From the NCBI RefSeq assembly GCF_000143415.4, contig NW_003314365.1, positions 447,181 to 511,180 on the forward strand: 64,000 nt of DNA, read 5' to 3'. Numbering within the stretch: position 1 is the first letter of the stretch; each line of letters begins with the position of its first letter. This document shows, piece by piece, positions 63,783 through 64,000 of the stretch. Source of the stretch: Selaginella moellendorffii. Lineage: Eukaryota; Plantae; Lycopodiophyta. The notes under the pieces are model-generated. The model was given only the letters and a program-made list of their open reading frames with translations, did no database searches and was not told the origin of the DNA. The position numbers were made by a program, and so were the translations under genes.

Positions 63783-64000
63783 CTTGATATACACACAGCT
63801 GCAGGCAAGTAAAAACATACATGACAATACGCTAGCCATGAAATTGCAAGGGCCCAAGATGGCATGTGGCCTCATGCCATTTCTAAATGTGGTCCTAAAC
63901 CATTCCATGGTGAACATACCAGGAAGCACAAGTGCCGAATATCAAGAGGAAGCGGTAGCCACACCAAAGACAGTGCCGCTCGCAACACCGCAACTACTCG

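Larger units (their letters stand above)
59656..64000 (-). mobile_element. Sola-like DDD DNA transposon (other end outside the window)
   Basis: Terminus aagctctatttcgttaaagtgggatttattcagtaaaatgggac matches the MITE end; contains the transposase gene and repeated palindromes. Confidence 0.75.

Overview
Eukaryotic, transposon-dense plant DNA. A flagellar gene and 44-55 nt GT-AG introns point to a seed-free plant with motile sperm, plausibly a Selaginella-type lycophyte (inference). Only the first 7.3 kb holds apparently intact host genes: a 7-exon, unusually short RIB43A (- strand) head-to-head with a large coiled-coil gene. The rest is nested mobile DNA. (1) A non-coding LARD-like LTR family with ~1.75 kb minisatellite-bearing LTRs: one full copy, a three-LTR tandem and several solo or partial copies. 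(2) Eight whole or partial Cassandra-like 5S-carrying TRIMs, one inserted in a stray 25S rDNA fragment. (3) A TRIM with one LTR inverted. (4) A MULE split by a 16.3 kb nest. (5) A Sola-like DNA transposon and its 289 bp MITE. (6) Gypsy gag and L1 remnants. The most notable item is missed by the ORF track: a spliced, decayed gene (13411-18832, -) fusing a ParB-like domain to a prokaryote-type beta-class N6A/N4C DNA methyltransferase fold, preceded by an ~82 bp hairpin array. Also notable, two insertions of the LTR family have a clean 3' end but an aberrant 5' junction, one with a 191 bp target duplication. All calls were made by eye; no database search was run.
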